Assembly (NCBI GenBank): GCA_013265495.1
Contig: MU057786.1
Coordinates: 124,001 to 188,000 of the forward strand
Direction: 5' to 3'
Source: Vicugna vicugna
Lineage: Eukaryota
DNA length: 64,000 nucleotides
Shown: positions 38,200 through 53,530 of the stretch, one piece after another
Layout: each line of letters opens with the position of its first letter
How positions within the stretch are numbered: the stretch's first letter is position 1
The notes under the pieces: model-generated
Seen by the model: the letters and a program-made list of their open reading frames with translations, nothing else
Told to the model about the DNA's origin: nothing
Databases searched by the model: none
Program-made: the position numbers and the translations under genes

Positions 38200-40690
38200 A
38201 TAAAACATTCATTTAATTTATTTTAATTTAAAATTTTAATTGTGGTATGATACATATAACATAAAATTTGCCATTTTAACCATTTTTAAGTGAACAGTTC
38301 AACAGCATTTAAGTACACTCACACTGTTGTTCAACCACTCATTTCCAGAGCTGTGAAAGCAAGTTGCTATTCCATTTATTCATGATAAACAGTATAAGTT
38401 ACTCAACATGATTTTTTAAAATTGTTTATCAGTTCTTCCACTCTATTTATTTACACACCCTCGGCACCAGTTTGTGAGCACATTTGGATGTTTTCTACTA
38501 TTATAAGTTAGACAGATGGCAGAATTTTGTCTTTCAAATTTCTTGTGGAATTACATAAAAGAAAAAGAACAGATCTTGCATCGACAGCTAACTTATCATT
38601 TTTGTCAATCTCTGAGGGGATTCCCAGGGAATATAATGGTGTCCTTAGACTAACAATTTACTATATTGCATATGAATACAGAAAGGAATTAAATACTCAT
38701 GGAAATTATTTGGAAGACCGCCTATGCCCTGAAAGGTACAAAACTGGTAAAATTCATATTTATCTGGCATGCATAATTTCCATAGCTGGATTAGTTAGTG
38801 ACAAAATACACACTGCTTCAGTGAATAATGTTGCTATCACTTTCAATCTTAATTGCACAATTACTTATTCTAATAATACATAGTGTATTCATATGAAGAG
38901 ATAAATCAAGGTAAGCAGAATTCTTTTATCTATATTCTAATTGGTATTCCAGGAAGTTATCAGCATGATTTATAATTCATACCGTCCATGTTACCTAAAT
39001 ATACTAGATACTGAAATACTATTGAGATAATTTGGTTGGATGTTTCATATTTACCTACCTACATTAAACAGCATTTTATATGATTAAATGTAAAAAAGTT
39101 AAACAAAATTAATTTTGGAATAAATTTTGAGTAAAACAGACATCACAGAATTATACATTTACCCAGGACTTTTATAATCTTCCTTAACTGAAACTCTGTA
39201 CCCATTAAACCACCACTCCCGACTCTCCCTCCCCTCCCACCCCCGGCTCTTGGCAACCACCATCCTACCTTCCATCCTTATGAAGCTGACTACTCTAGGG
39301 ACTGCATACACGTGGAATCATAGAGTGTTCATCTTTTTGTGACCAATTTATTCACAAAGGGTTATGTCCTCAGGATTCATCCATGTTGTAGTGCATCAGA
39401 ATTTCCTTCTTTTATGAGGTCACATAACACTCCATTGTAGATATGTTTGTTTGTCTTTTCATCTTTTGATGGACATTTGGGTAGCTTCTGCCTTTTGGCT
39501 ATTGTGAATGCTGTGAGCATGGGTGTACCAGTATTTCTTTGAGATCCTGCTTTCAATTTTATTGGATATATATCCAGAAGTAAAACTGCTAGAACATATG
39601 TAATTTTTTTAGTCTGTATATTGCTAGCTTTTTAAAAATTGAAATAGAATTGATATAGCATTATGTTAGTTTCAGGTGTACATCACCATGATTAAATATC
39701 TGAATACATTGTGAGATGATCGCAATAATAAGTCTAGTTAACATTCAACACCATACATAGTTACAGAATTTATTTTTTCATGTGTAGTAGCACTATTTTT
39801 AGTTTTTTTAGGAATCGATATGCTGTTTTCCATAGTGGCTGCACCGTTTTATATTCCCACCAACAGTACACAAATGTTCCAGTTTTTTCATATTTTTGCC
39901 AACACTTGTTTAAAAAAAATTTTTTTAGATCCTAATAGGTGTGAGGTGGTATCTCACATGATGGTTTTAAGTTGTATTTCCCTAATAACTAAAGATGCTG
40001 AGCTTCTATTTACATCCTTATTAGCCATTTGTGTATCTTCTTGGGAGAAATATCATTTAAAATCCTTCGCCCATTTGTTTTAATTGAAGGTTAGTTGATT
40101 TACAATGTTGCGTTCTGGTGTACAGCATAGTGATTCAATTATACATACATATAAATTTATATTCTTTTTCATTATAGGTTATTACAAGATACTCAATGCA
40201 GTTCCCTGTGTTCTACAGTAGAAACTTGTTTATTTTATATAGAGTAGTTTGTATCTACTAATCCCAAACTCCTAAATTATCCCTCCCCCACTTCCCCTTT
40301 CGTAACCATACATTTGTTTTCCATGTCTATGAGTCTCTTTCTGTTTTGTAAATAAGCTCATTTGTATCAATTTTAAAGATTCCATATGTAAGTGAAATCA
40401 TATGACATTTGTCTTCCTCTGCCTGACTTACTTCACTTAGTGTGATAATCTCTAGGTCCATCCATGTTGCTGCAAATGGCATTATTTCATTCTTTTTTAT
40501 GGCTGAATAGTATTCCCTTGTATATATATACCACCCTTTATCCATTCATCTGTTGATGGACATTTAAGTTTGCTTTCATGTCTTGGTTATTGTGCTAAAA
40601 TAGTGCTACTATGAACATTGAGGTGTGTGTGTCTTTTTAAGTTAGACTTTTCTCTGGATATATGCCCAGGAGTGGGATTGCTGGAGCATA
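38200..40690 (-). mobile_element. nested L1 3' ends (older L1MA/MB-type and a younger copy at about 40080-40690)
   Basis: ORF 40327-40545 is the L1 ORF2 C-terminus; older 3' UTR motifs (aactgaaactctgtacccattaaac); interrupted at about 38350-39165 by non-L1 sequence. Confidence 0.8.
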
Positions 40691-41209
40691 TCCTTCCCTC
40701 AATCTTTAATTCACTTATTTTTTGTTGTTGTTTAGTGGTAGTAAAGACTTTAAGAAAGATGTTATAATTTGACCTATGGTTTGGAGAGGGGTGAGCTTGA
40801 AACTTCTGCAGTAACCAGGGTGAGAGTATGGGAGGACCAGAGCTGTCTACGGCTGGCAGGATGCACACTGCACACACAGGTGTTCTCCACAAAGGCCCAC
40901 CTGGCTCTCCTTCTCTGGACCTTGGGTGAACTTGGACAAGGATGACTCAAGTCATTCCCTTAAATATTGGGGTCTGCCAAGATCCACTTCTTGTAAATGT
41001 CTAGGGATGGCTCAGAGTAGACTCAGGCCCACATGAAATCCATGGTTTTGGTCCTTCCACGTAGCCCAGGCAGAGAACAGTTCATAATCAGGGCTGTAGG
41101 CAGTCTGCTCTTCTGCAGCAGTGGCTGAGGGGTGAGGCGGTCTCTGGGAATTACAGAAAGTGACACCATTTCAGGACACATAAACGAAGACTCTCCCACT
41201 CCCCTTTCT

Positions 41210-41440
41210 GACAAGCACGTGGTTCAAAGGGCTGTAGAGTCAGACTGCCTGGGTTCAAATCTGACTCTGCCACTTCCTAGGTGGGCAACTTACATAACCT
41301 TCTAGTACCTCATTTCCTCCTCTGTAGAATGGGAATAATTAGAGTGCCTCCAGTATTAAGAATTAAGAGTAAATAAGTTAATCATGCATTTAAACACGAG
41401 AGCCATGCATGGCTCATAGTAAATTATGGCCACTGTTGTC
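41210..41440 (+). mobile_element. MIR SINE
   Basis: agagtcagactgcctgggttcaaatctgactctgccacttcctag..cctcatttcctcctctgtagaatgggaataat. Confidence 0.8.
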
Positions 41441-44400
41441 ATTTTCACTGAGATCAGGACCTGCCCAACTTCTGATCTAACTACTGTCCAGCTTCTCGCA
41501 GGATTCCCCACCTAGGTTAAGGCACCTGTATCCCCAGCCAGGTCCTGTCTCCTGGGGTTCTCATGGCTGTTGTAGCCAGGCTTGGCTCCTGGCTGCCAGC
41601 AGAGGGCAGCATTGCACCACACTGTGCTGCTCAGAGCAGTAGGTCCAGCCTGTGAAGTCTGGCTCTGCGTCCCTGGTGCAATCCCCTCTGGCCTGGCATG
41701 CTGGGCCCCGGAGCCAAGAGACTGTCCTCTCTGCCAGCCCAGCACCCAGTCTCCTCCTTCAGGAGGCTCCCAACCCCCTGGGGCACTTGTGGCTCCTTCT
41801 CTGCCCTTTGTGCAGCCTGGAGGCACTAGTAGATACTCTTGACTTGGTGCACAATCTCCTCATCTGTAAAATGAGGACAACTGCTCTGTGTTGCAGGGCT
41901 TGGCTCAGGGTTGCAGGGTGAGGAGCAACAGATCTTTTAACAACCTCTACTATGCCCTTCTTTAGGGAGTAAGCTGGGCTAGGAGGTGATGGCATCAGGT
42001 GGGAGTTTGGGGGTGCATGTTAAGGGAGTGGGGATTGGGGAGATGGGGAGTGGGTGAGTTGTGTTTCTGAACGTGTGACCAACTGAGGGGAAGTGTGACC
42101 ATGAGGGTGTGCTCAGGGGTCTCTGCTCCAGGCTGTGGCTGGCTATGTGGTCTTGAAGGCAGGGCTGATCAGGGTATGAGCGCACCTCATTCTTGAACTT
42201 GCTCAGTGCCTCTGCATCTGCTTCCTGGAATGCCTCTCCCTTTCTCCTTCGCTTCTTCTAATCCTGCTTAGGCTTCTCAGAAGTTCTTAAAGACTTCTAG
42301 GCAGCTCAGGGCCTGGCATCAACTTCCCCTGGCCCTTGCCAGCCCCCAGCAGCAGTCTTAGCCCCATCTGGGGCTACCCAAGTTCCTGCCATCAGGGCCT
42401 GAACCTCACGCCAGAACAAGTATCCATCTCAACCTGGCCCTTAGCAAGGGACCAGGGAAGTTGCCCGGCATCCAATAAAGAAAGTTCCAGTAAAGCTCAA
42501 TGATTCCAGTCCTGGAATCTTGGGGACTTCAGGAGTCTAGCCCTTGGCTTTCCTCTCCTACAATTCCTGGAGGGCCTTGAACACTGGCCAACCCTACTTT
42601 AACCATCTGTGATCACACACCTCCAGTAAACCATGGCAGATGCAGATTCTCCCTTTAGAAGCTTGGGACCTAAAAAACCGTGTCAAAGAATCACAAACTG
42701 GCAAAAGAACACTCTGTGAATCCAGTGGTCAGGAAATGCACATTAAAACAATTTTGAGACATAACTGTTCACTTATCAAAATGAAAAAAAATTAGAAATT
42801 AATAATGCCTAATGTTGGTGGAGGTGCAGAGAAACAAATAGTCATGACTTTCTCTTGGAAATGTTAACTGGTTTTAAAAACTGCTTTAGAAAACAATTTT
42901 GGAAATATGTATTGAAAGATTTAAATTATGCATAACTTTTCTAGGCATTTATCATAAAAATAATTGCTTAAGTACCTGAAATGTGTATATGAGTACTTTT
43001 ACAGTAGCATAAAAAAATGTCCACCAGCAAGTGACTGGTTAAATAAGTATGACAGGTGCATGGAAAACAACTGTCATCAGGGAGAAAAAAAATCAAGGTT
43101 TCAGAAAATAAATTCACAGTTGGGGAGGAGCTCACATTAAGATGTTCATTCACACATTAATTAATTTATTGGTTTAACTAACATTTATTGAATATTGCGG
43201 CATGTCAGGCATTGTTCTGGATACAGGAAATATAATCATAAATGAGATATATCGTATCTTTCTTTTCATGAGGCTTGTCCCCTCTAGGGGGAGACAGACA
43301 ATAAACAAATGAAAAAGAAGATAATTCCACGTATACTTTTCTCTGCTTGTATGTAAAAATTATAGCTGAATAGAGAAAAGGACAGAAAGAAAAACATCAT
43401 TCGGTCAACAGTAGTTTCAGGTTGGTGGTTATCAGTTAGGATTTCTGTTACTAATAAGGGAAAACTTTACTGCAGGAGCTGAACTAGTCGAGGGCTGAAC
43501 TGTCTCAGGTGTCCAGGGCTGAAGAAGCCAACCACTGTCACCTGGCAGCTCTGCCATCTGGGGTGAGGCTGTCCGTCTCCTGCTTAGCTTCTCAAGGTCA
43601 CATGGCAGCCTCTCTTCTGGATCTGCTGTCCACATTACAGATCTGAAGGAAGAACAGGAAAGGTGGGGAAGAGAAAAGTCTTTCTCCTCCTGGGGTCCTT
43701 GTCTTTTTATCATCCAGGAGCAGAGCTTCGACGTTGTTGTTCAGAGAGGGCCACGTGGCAGCTTTGAGCTGAATGAGGGCAGGGAGAACATGGAGGTGGT
43801 GTTAGGACCAATCCTCATTGTCTTCTCCACGTTTTGGGGCATTTTCTAAATCAATCCAGGCATCAAAAAAAAAAAAGGTTTTACATAGAGGAAACCAAGA
43901 GCTTTCTGTGTTTTAAGAAATAGAGGAGGAGCAGTGTATTGCAGGCGCTCAAGGTCTGGCAGGTTCATGGATTCGGGTAGACAGAAGAACACTGGAGGAG
44001 CTGTAGGTATCTCTGACATGCCTTTATTGCAGAGGAGAACACGGGACTAGATGGTGCCGGTGGCGGAAAGTCCCCTCCATCTTACAGACCAAGGCTAACA
44101 AAGCCAGCGTCTATCCAGCAATGACCTATGGGCTTACCCAGTGCGCTTGCGTAGCGCAAGTCATCCTTACATAACAATACATGGGTACTGCGCATGCGGG
44201 GTAACACTGCTGAGTCACCAGGCACTGGACGTCCAGGAAGGAGCCTGACTCCATTTCCCCCATGGGTGGATTGCGACATGTGCAGCGAGGGCAGAGGAAA
44301 GGCAGCAGCAGCTGGACCCAGACGCACCTGCGTGGCCCCTGACGCCAGTCCCTTGGATTTCCGTCCCCTTCAGCTTTGTGGCCACAGGAGGTCAGTGCAG

Positions 44401-44679
44401 CCCTGAGAGGACACGGGAAGTACAGGCCGTGGCCGCCCCAGTGAGGGCTGCTCCCTTTTACCGGCCACCCTGCTGGCCTGCGCTAGCTCTGTCCATTTGC
44501 TGGTCTGCAAGGAGGGGGCGCGTCTGCAGGCTGGGCTGGTGCAGGCCTGAGCCCACTGGCCCTTCTGCCTTTCTCCTCAAACAAGCTGGAGTTTGTCCCC
44601 ATGCATAGGCCCTGGTGGCCCACGCCAGGCCGACTTGTGTTTGCATTCTGGTTTCCCTCCTTTGTTCCTTCCCTGTGGC

Positions 44680-45295
44680 TGGTGTATCAAATTACTGTAG
44701 ATGAAGTGCCTTTAAACAACAGAAATTTATTCTGTCCCAATGCAAGAGGCCAGAAGTCTGAAATCTCGTGGGACCATGTTGGCTCTAGAGATCCTAGGGG
44801 AGAATCTGTCCTTGTCTCTGCCAGCTTATGCTGGCTGCTGGCATTCCTTGGCTGGTGGCTCTATCACTCTGACCCTTATCTCTGCAGTCACATCGCCTTC
44901 TGTCTGTGTGTCTACCTCTGCTTCTCTCTCATAAGGGCACTTGTGATGGAATTCAGGGCTCACTCAGACAATCCAGAACAATCTCCTCATTTCGAGCCCT
45001 TAACTTACTCACATCTGCAAAGACTATTTATTTTTTCAGTTTTACATCTATTTTTTTTAAATTTTATTTTTTTATTTAAGTGTAGTTGATTTACAGTGTT
45101 AGTTTCAAGTGTATAGTGAAACGATTCAGTTATATATATGTGTACATACGTGTATACACACCATATATTTTCAGGTTCTTTTCCATTATAGTGCAGACAC
45201 TTTAAAAGACACTTTTAAAAAACAAGGTCACCTTTACAGATTCTGAGGATTAGGACACAAATATCTTTTGGGAACCACCATTCAGCCTATCACAC
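44680..45295 (-). mobile_element. MLT1-type LTR interrupted by a short L1 tail (about 45050-45195)
   Basis: aaacaacagaaatttattct..gaggccagaagtctgaaatc..ggagaatctgtccttg..; resumes at aaggtcacctttacagattctgaggattaggac. Confidence 0.75.
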
Positions 45296-48200
45296 CCATG
45301 AACTGTCCTGGGACTTTGCCACTCTGAGCCTCAGTGATCTCATCTGTAGATTGGGGATGAGAACCCTATTCTCAGAGGGTCTTGTACTGATCACCAACTA
45401 TGTGAGCAGGTGAGAGGAGGACAGGGCCTCTGTGTGGTTGGCCCTGCTCCTCCCCTCTGACCTCTGAGGGCTGTTATCATCTCCTAGGGCAGTTTCTCCC
45501 TCCACCCCTTTTTATCATTGACTGGTCCTGATTCTGTGAAACTGGGAGGCAAACAGACCCTTATCTCCACCTCCAACTGATGCTTTTTCTGGCCTTGCTG
45601 CCCTTCTGCAGTGAATTGTGAGGTGCTGCTGTGCCCAGGCCTGGCACTTGGCAAGTTTAGACACATGCAAGTTCCCTTCCTCTCCTGGGATCTCCGCTTG
45701 GGACTTCTGCTCTCCTGCTGCCTGTCTTGGCCCCTTCACCCCAAATCCTGGCTCTCCTTCTCTGTTTTCCAGATGAATGTCTGGGAATTTGGGGACCCTG
45801 CCCAAGGTTGCTCAGTAAATCAGTAGTCAATCCAAGGCTGTGCTGTCTCCCTGCCTCATCTGAAGGAGCATGGGGCAGTCCTTGCTCCTAGCCAAGTCCT
45901 CAGAAGCATCCCCAGGAGATAGCACCTTCATCCTTTGGGGTGACACAGTGCTAAATGCACCGTGACACCCAGACAGAGAAAATCAATCACAATTTCATTT
46001 CATTGCTGCGTAAAAGAAGAGGTTTACAGGCAAGAAAAAGTGCTCATGGAAATGGGTGTGTCCATGAACAGGGTCATCTGATTCATTAGGGGCTGTGTCT
46101 AGCTGGAGGTCTGAGTCTGGGGAAGGAGTTATCTGCTAGGTGAGCCAGTGCTTCAGGCAGATGCAGGTCCCCTACTCCTTGCCCCTTGGGAAAGTGGGGT
46201 CTCAGCTCTGAGAGGCTGCAGGCCAGGCTCTACCTGCCTTGGGATGGGATGAGATGGGATTGACTGAGCCTCTCACATTCATTTCACAGAGTGTCTGGGG
46301 TCTCCACATTGAGACCTCGGCTCTCAGCTCAGTGGGAAGGGTAACACTTGGTTATCCCATCACAGGTGAGGAGCAAGCTGAGTCTGAGGTCCAGTGAGTC
46401 CTGGGGCCCCACCTCACCTGTGGACACCTGGAGCTTCATCCCTCGTGAGGACAGAAGACATATGACTGGCTCAGAGTGTGATGTGCAGAGTCAGGGTGGG
46501 TCAGCTTCCTGTGAGCTCCCTGGTGGCCAAGGGGACAAGGGCTTCACCCCTCTGTCTTGACTGTGTCTTGTGGATAAGTGGCCCCCTGGCTTCCCTGCAA
46601 TACCCACTGAAGACACAATGGTTGACATGTCTCTGGCTGCCCAGGGCCACCTTAGGACCCTGCTCTGTAGAGACATGTCTGAAAAGTAGTGAACAGGCCT
46701 CAGCATTCTCCCACCAGGACCATTCTGGCGACTTCCATCCTGGGCTCTCCACCGACTCCTCCTTCACATCTTGCTCCCCTCCCCTCTGTGTTTGTATACA
46801 TGCTTCTACCTCCATGCTTTTACATTTGCTGTTCTCTTGGTTTGGGATGTGCACTTCTTCCTTAACTCAGCTCATGCGCTCATCTCAGCCCGTGTGGAGC
46901 CCACTGCAGGGACCTACTGCAGCAGACGGCAGGGGCGGGGAGGCCTCTGGGCAGTGGTGGGAAGGACAAGGGGCCTTTGTGGTGCTCCACGTCCTGGGTG
47001 TAGAGCCTTGACAGTGACTGGCCAGGGTGTGGAGGCCCGAGTTCTGCTCTGGAGAAAGATAGCCTGGGGTTTGGTTCCTTGCTACTTGTCCTTCCTGGGG
47101 GAATTGGAAGCTCCCTCAGTGCAAAATGGCCAGCGTTGCAGGGCCCAGGGGCCGGGGAGAGAATTGGGAAGCCTCCTCAGGCCTTGTAGTGGGGAAGCAG
47201 GGATCCCAGCTTGCAACCTGGGGAGGGCCTGGGCCAGCTTTTGGGCTCTGGAGAGATTCATCAGGATGGAGGTTTTCAAACTTTAGACTCTCAACAGCAG
47301 AACCCTTTCCTCATACACAGTGGACTTAGAGCACTCAAGTTCAAGCCTGAAGGAAGTGGGGTGGGGCTAGAGCCCTGGAAGCCAGGACCTCCTCTGAAGG
47401 ACACCCTGGACCCAGGGTGGGGGACACACACACACCTGGAGGACCACTGCTCTAGGAGGAAGTTGGGACACAGGCTGCCCCAGGAGGCCTGGGACTGAGA
47501 TGACAGCTCAGGGTTCTTCCTGATAACTGAACCCTCCTTCTTTTTGCTTATGCTTGGTATTTGGTAATGCCTCTGTGCAAACTCTGGCCTGCCTCTTCTG
47601 CCCTTCAGAGGGGCCTACGGAAAGAATGGACCTTGCTGGACTCCACAGGGCCAAGGGGAGCCCTGGATGTCAGCATGAGAACGTGGGTGGGCTTGAGCTG
47701 GGGTTTGGTGCTGCCACCTACCCTGCCAGGGAGGCCTGGGTCCAGGGACCAGATCTCTGAGGTTCTAGATTGTTTTTGCGGAGGAAGCAACTTCTCACAC
47801 AGGCAATGTTTTAGATTATCCTGGTTTTAAGCAGACTGCACACTCTAAATGGGCCTCAGTTTCCTGACCATAGAATGGGGATAGAGAGAGATCCCTGCCC
47901 TGCAGAAAGAAGGTGCTCTTGTCTAGAGAGGAAATGCTATGTGTGATTTCCTTCCTCCTCATTGGCCTGTGGGGCGTGGCTCCAGCAAAAGGAAGCCTCC
48001 TTACCTGGGCTGTGAGGCATGGGCTCCTGCACTGTGCCATTGGCACTGAAGTAGACAGAGTACCTGGGGAGGCTGGGTGTGGCCAGGGGGTTGGGCCTAT
48101 CAGTGGATCCTGCCTTGGAGGCTGCGGCAAGGTGGGTGCAGGGAGGGCACCTTCAGTTTCATTCACCCAACCCCCAATGTGGAGAAAACCAAAGACTAAA

Positions 48201-51200
48201 TGAATAGAAGCCTCGAATACTGGAATGAGGGATACAAAAGATTGCTGGCCTGGGAAATTGAAAAGTAAAAACCCATGAGGCTAACCAGAATAAAAATAAA
48301 GTAAAAAATACGGTAATATAAAAGAAGATGAAATCAAATAACTACACACTGAGAAACAGTAAAAATGAGATGAAAGAGATTGGCAAGAAGGGGTAAGGAA
48401 GACAAAGCAGAGATGGACAATTAACATACAACAAAAGACCAAAGGCAGCGACTGAGGGGAAGGATGAAATAAGCAATAAATAAATGGGGGTTTTTTGTTT
48501 GTTTGTTTTTAAGAAAAACCCAGTGGGTTAAGAGAAGAAAATAGCAGTGGGGTTCTCTGAGCTCAGATTCTGGCAGATGCCGGTTGTTTGGAGCCACTGG
48601 GAACTGAAGACACAGGGCGTAGAGCTTGGCTCTTTCTAAGATGCTGGCTGGCCCCTCCCTGGGGGGGTGACCCCAGGACTTGGGTTGGCTTCCTCCTTGT
48701 GTTCTCTGGAGTGCTGTCTTCTGTGAAAGCCTGCAGAGAATCCCCCAAGCTGGGTCTTGCTCTCTCTTGCAAGTGGTAACCATGCAGGTCTGAGCTGAAT
48801 TATCTTAGAAATCCTGGGTAGGCTGTATGCTGGGGAGGGAGGGAGGAAGGTAGACTATCTTATCTGGTTTGGGGCTTGCTTAAAGGAGCATCACTGGGGA
48901 GGGGTAACCTCTTCAGGGGTTGGGCAGTGGTGGTTCTACATGAAGGAGACAGCACCCCAGGGAATGTGCCAGGGCAACAGGCTCCTGGGAAGGTCAGGAC
49001 TCCAGCTGGTGCTCCCTCTGTCCAGTTGGGATGGCTGGGATGAGAAATGAGATGACAGAGAAAGGAGAGGTCTGCTTTATGGGATGACACAACTCCAAGT
49101 GATGAGGTCCAAGTGGACCACCATGCGTTGTTTTTGTCTTGATGTTTCATCTGCAGGTGTGATGACAAAATACTGGCTTACGGTAGTGTTTTAATTAAGA
49201 TTCCTGATGGGCTCAGGTTATCTCTTTGCATCTCCTTTCCTATATGGAAAATGGGAATACTATCTTCTAGTAAGATGTAGGGTGTTGAGCACTGTGCCTG
49301 CATATGGTAAATGTTAAATAAATATAGCTAGAATTAGTGTAACTGAAGATCTTTTAAGAAAAAGCAATCACTTGTGCTGGCTGAACTCTGTTCAAAAGGG
49401 GGATTGATTGATCCACTTTTAATTTCTGTGACTACATCTTTGGGGAGTGAGGAGCAAACCAAGAGCACTGAGTCCTGAATCTGCCAGTAACTCACCTGGT
49501 AACTTGGGCAAGTTACTCCTTTCTCTGAGCCTCAGTTTTCCCCTCTGTGAAATGGATTTGCATCATATGATCCAGAGATTGCTAATCTCTCTTCTCCAGC
49601 CATGTTATTAGCGTTGGGGTGAACTTGTTCATCAGGTAGAGTTGCTTCCCCTGGAGTCTGGTTTGGGGGAGACAGCTTTTGCAGTCCCAGAGGTTATCAG
49701 GTCTTAAAGGGACTGGGCTGGCCAGGATCAATAAGTAATTAAGGATTTGATGAGCTTGATAAAGCCCCAATTATAGCCAATGTCCTTGGAACCTGGTAAT
49801 CCCAACTTCAGGTGGCAGAGAGGATTAAAAGAGTCTTGCCTAGAGGTAGTGGGGCATAGCACCCCAGTGATCTCTGGGCCTGCCTCCCCACTCTAGGAGA
49901 AATCGGACCTGTGCAGAGTGCCCCTCCTGGCTAGTCAAGGGCTACCCAGGCCATTCCGGTCTAGCAGGAAAAACTGGCTTGGCTTGGGAGTGTAGGAGGA
50001 TGAGCACCAGGAGATGAGCATCTTGGGATGGTGAAGGACCCCACACTATGGGAGATGGAGAGAAAGGTGGTACCCAGGACAGGAGGTTGAGATTTACTCA
50101 GGCCAAGAGCTTCCAAGGGTATGCCAACCTGAGTCATCGCCGTCAGGTCCCAAACTACAGGGAATCTCATCATCCAAACTAGAAACTGATAGAAATCTCA
50201 AAACTGTGTGTGTGCTTATAGGTTGACTTCTTAATATTTGGAAAGGGGTCTTGAGACTGGTCTCACTGCAATCATCCTACCTCTATCTAGCATAATAAAT
50301 ATCAAGAAAAACTTCTAACTGGGTTAGAAGTATCACATGCCTACTTTACTAACATACTGCAGGGGTCCAAACAAGTGTGTTTGAGGAATCCCTGACCCTG
50401 TGGCTCTTGATCTCAAGTTTGAGCCCCTAGAGGGTGAATATACTACCATCCTTCTGAGGTGGAGACAATCCCCATAGGAATCAAAATGTTATATAATAAA
50501 ATCCATCCTTTATTTCCCTTCTCTCTACAACTGTTCAGCCAGTGCATGGTAGAATTCCCAGGGAATGAGAATGGAGACATGGAGAGTTTGTAGAGCCTGA
50601 GTGGGGCATGTTTTACAATTCAAGGTCCCTAAGATGGATTTCTTGAGGAAGTGCCTTTGTGTGAGCACCACATCCAGCTGGACAGCTCGGCCTGCAGCAT
50701 GCATGGCCATTTTTCTCTCTCTGTCCATTGGCCCCCTCATCCTGGAAGTTGCCGTACCAGCCCATGTGGCTCCCTGCTGTTTCTCCAAATCAGCTTCTCC
50801 TCTCCTCTAGGTGCCCCTGCCCAACTGAGTCAGTCCCATCAGTCACTGCAAGGGCTGCCTCACTGCTCTCCAAGCCTGCACTGGTCCCCTCTGCACCGCC
50901 TCCTCCCCCATCTTTCCACACACACAGACTCACACTAAATTCTTTTTCTTCTTGCCTTGGCTGGCTAACCAGCATTCAATGCCTGGAAGCCTCCCTTACT
51001 TCTCCCTTGGTAACCCCTACTCAGCCTTTAGAACTGTCACCTCTTCCAGGCAGCTACCCCCTGGCTCTTCTTCCCAGGCTAGGTCACAGCCCAGGACGTG
51101 CCTGTGCGTATATGACACTCAGGGTCCTTGACACCTCTTTTAATGATCTGTTTAGGTGTCTGCCTCTCCTTTGAGTGGGGAGTTCCAGGAAAGCCTCTCT

Positions 51201-51649
51201 GAATCTCTCACGCCCAGCGCAGGGCCCTGATCAAGGCAGAGGCCTTGGGGGCAGGCCAGCAACAGGGCTCAGGGGTGCTCCTGGGCTCGCGGGAGCAGCC
51301 TCTCCTAAGAGGCTCTGCCAGCCGCTCCCAGACCGAGAGCTTCCTTGGAATCCTGGTCTGGGAAGGCTCAGTTGTCTCCCCAAAATCTTGAGTGTGCCAC
51401 GTGCAGCCCACTCTGTCTGAAACTTGGTAGGGTGGGTGGGGGCGATGGGGAAGGGTGGCTACGCTTCAGGCTTGCCACCTCCTTCCAGGCTGGAGCCCAA
51501 ACAGCTTAACGCTGTATCTGGTGGTGGCGGCTGGCCGGAGGCATCCATGGAGCAGTGGAGAGAGCCCCGCTCTCCGCTGGCTACAAGAAGCAAGCTCTCC
51601 GCCTGGGCTTGCGCGTAAAGGCTCCGTGCAGGGTCGGAGTCTGAGCACG

Positions 51650-53240
<1,591 letters not shown>

Positions 53241-53486
53241 NNNNNNNNNNNNNNNNNNNNNNNNNNNNNNNNNNNNNNNNNNNNNNNNNGGTGGGTGGGT
53301 GTTGTCAGCGTGTGTCGCTTTGTATGTACCTGGTACCGTGTTGGTGTCACTGCGAGAGGGCGTCGGGGTGTGTGGGGCCATCCAAGTCTGTGTTGATGCG
53401 TGCACGACTGTCTGTCAGCCTGTCAAGAGTGGACACTGTCTGCCTGTTTCCTTGGTGTGTGTGTATTTCTTAGTGTATGTGTGTGG

Positions 53487-53530
53487 GAGAGAGAGAGAGA
53501 GAGAGAGAGTGTGTGTGTGTGTGTGTGTGT
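53487..53530. repeat. compound (GA)n(GT)n microsatellite in GRID1 intron 1
   Basis: gagagagagagagagagagagagtgtgtgtgtgtgtgtgtgtgt. Confidence 0.9.
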
